Source: Thiohalomonadaceae bacterium (lineage in GTDB: Bacteria; Pseudomonadota; Gammaproteobacteria; Thiohalomonadales; Thiohalomonadaceae). From it: a stretch of DNA of 64,000 bases. The translations under genes were made by a program, and so were the position numbers. The notes under the pieces are model-generated. The model did not search any database and had not been told where the DNA came from. It saw only the letters and a program-made list of their open reading frames with translations. Positions 62,734 through 64,000 of this stretch are shown piece after piece (positions within the stretch are counted from its first letter, which is position 1; each line of letters starts with the position of its first letter). Location: the NCBI GenBank assembly GCA_041547565.1, contig JBFEUI010000001.1:38-64037 (forward strand), given 5' to 3'.

Positions 62734-63726
62734 TCAACGCTTGCGCTTTTCCAGCTCCTTGTCGCTCAAGGCACCGAAGAATGCCGCCATGTCACTGACC
62801 TGCTGGTCGCTGACATTTTTATCAAGCACCAGGCGCGCCATGAGCCGAATCGCCTCATCCATGCTGGCCACACCGCCATCATGAAAATAGGGTGATGTGA
62901 GCGCGACATTGCGCAATTGCGGCACCTTGAAGACCATACGGTCACTCTCATCCCTGGTGACTTCAAAACGGCCGGGGTCCTTCTGGTTGCGGTAACTGCC
63001 GTATTGCTCCAGTTTCTCGAACAGCCCGCCGCCCAGTAGCGCGCCGTCGTGGCATTTGGTGCAACCCAGCGACAGGAAGGCATCAAGCCCCCTGAGTTCC
63101 CGAGCAGTCAATGCTGCCGTGTCACCATTCATAAAGTCGTCAAAACGCGATTCGGAGCGCAGTGTTCGCTCGAAAGCGGCGATGCCTTCGGCCATGTTCT
63201 GGTAGGTGATGGGCTCGGCCGTATCCGGAAACGCGGCCGCGAACAGTTTCCTGTACTCATCAATGCCCTTGAGCTTGTCAACGACAGCCTGCTCGCTGGG
63301 CATGCCCATCTCGATCGGATTCAATATCGGTTGCTTGGCCTGGTCGGCGAGGTCCTCGGCACGGCCATCCCAGAACTGGCTGAACTGCCAGCCCGCATTG
63401 AGCACCGTCGGCGTGTTGCGTGTTCCAAGTTGCCCCTTGGCACCGGGCGAGGTAGGCAGATTATCAACTCCGGCATTGCCCCCCTGATCAAGGTGATGGC
63501 AGGAAGCGCAGGACTGCGTATCGTTGATAGACAGCCGCTTATCAAAGAAAAGCTTTTTGCCCAGCGCAATCTTCTCGGCACTATCCTGCTCCGCCCCTGG
63601 CATCGCTTCCGGCAGCGGCTCAAAGTAGCGCGAGGCCTTGCGCAACAGTTTTCCTGCGTCATCCGCCCATGCAGACTGCACCAGCAACAGACTCGCAAAC
63701 ATTAAGATCATGGCAATGGTTCTCAT
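62734..63726 (-). CDS. Di-haem cytochrome c peroxidase (CcpA/MauG family)
   Basis: Signal peptide MRTIAMILMFASLLLVQSAWA and two CxxCH motifs (CASCH, CTKCH). Start at ATG 63726 rather than 63852. Confidence 0.9.
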   Translation of the reverse strand: MRTIAMILMFASLLLVQSAWADDAGKLLRKASRYFEPLPEAMPGAEQDSAEKIALGKKLFFDKRLSINDTQSCASCHHLDQGGNAGVDNLPTSPGAKGQLGTRNTPTVLNAGWQFSQFWDGRAEDLADQAKQPILNPIEMGMPSEQAVVDKLKGIDEYRKLFAAAFPDTAEPITYQNMAEGIAAFERTLRSESRFDDFMNGDTAALTARELRGLDAFLSLGCTKCHDGALLGGGLFEKLEQYGSYRNQKDPGRFEVTRDESDRMVFKVPQLRNVALTSPYFHDGGVASMDEAIRLMARLVLDKNVSDQQVSDMAAFFGALSDKELEKRKR

Positions 63727-63908
63727 GGCTTGCACCTTCAACAGTGAACGCGGTAATTTTGATAAGGCAGTCCCTACATTATATACAACAAATACGGTGT
63801 GTTCTGTGTGGGAGCGGACTCGCAAACAACGGTTGGTCGGCCCTGACCGCAAAAGCGGGATGACAGGAATTGTTTCTCTCCGCCCAACAGAACAAAAAAG
63901 GATTCATA

Positions 63909-64000
63909 ATGGAAATTGTCAGTTGCGAGAATGCCGAACATTACACATGGGGCGGTAGTTGCGATGGTTGGCACCTTCTGAAATCTACTGGACTCAGTGT
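63909..64000 (+). CDS. Cupin domain protein, N-terminal fragment (runs off the window end)
   Basis: My translation from ATG 63909 behind AAGGA gives MEIVSCENAEHYTWGGSCDGWHLLKSTGLS, an N-terminus typical of small cupins. Confidence 0.55.
   Translation, partial: MEIVSCENAEHYTWGGSCDGWHLLKSTGLS

Overview
This 64-kb window is GC-rich core chromosome from a Gammaproteobacterium (GC judged by eye, not computed). Almost all of it is housekeeping genes in well-known syntenic blocks. These are nlpD(partial)-yqaA-pcm-surE; truD-ispF-ispD-ftsB-eno-kdsA-pyrG; and tilS-accA-dnaE-(AAA+ gene)-rnhB. Next come an lpx/bam/isoprenoid/translation block (lpxB | lpxA-fabZ-lpxD-skp-bamA-rseP-dxr-cdsA-uppS-frr-pyrH-tsf-rpsB) and map-glnD, dapC-dapD-yffB ... 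dapE. The right end holds putA, rtcB-archease, tsaB, yoaA and a cytochrome c peroxidase. I saw no rRNA, tRNA, CRISPR array, transposase, integrase or phage genes. Points of interest, in rough order: (1) Two homologous GGA-motif-rich RNA-like blocks sit directly behind intrinsic terminators (eno-ftsB and omp-tsaB spacers), and one contains an exact match to the CsrA SELEX consensus. (2) A family of long imperfect intergenic hairpins has arms built from 7-8-nt tandem units, including a 201-bp MITE-like element that fills the whole ispF-truD spacer. (3) A Gfo/Idh/MocA oxidoreductase plus DegT aminotransferase pair is fused to lpxB; these are GnnA/GnnB candidates, implying a 2,3-diamino-glucose lipid A. 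(4) An orphan MshEN-like + AAA+ ATPase gene is inserted in the otherwise conserved rnhB-dnaE junction. (5) Two sigma28 (FliA)-type promoters share the same architecture; one drives an MCP and the other an uncharacterised protein with four EF-hand-type loops. (6) Small accessory insertions include smrB+MCP, a coiled-coil/winged-helix-like ORF plus a PAS-GGDEF-EAL protein between yffB and dapE, and rtcB-archease without rtcR/rtcA. All functional calls rest on motifs I can read in the translated ORFs plus synteny. No database search was run.
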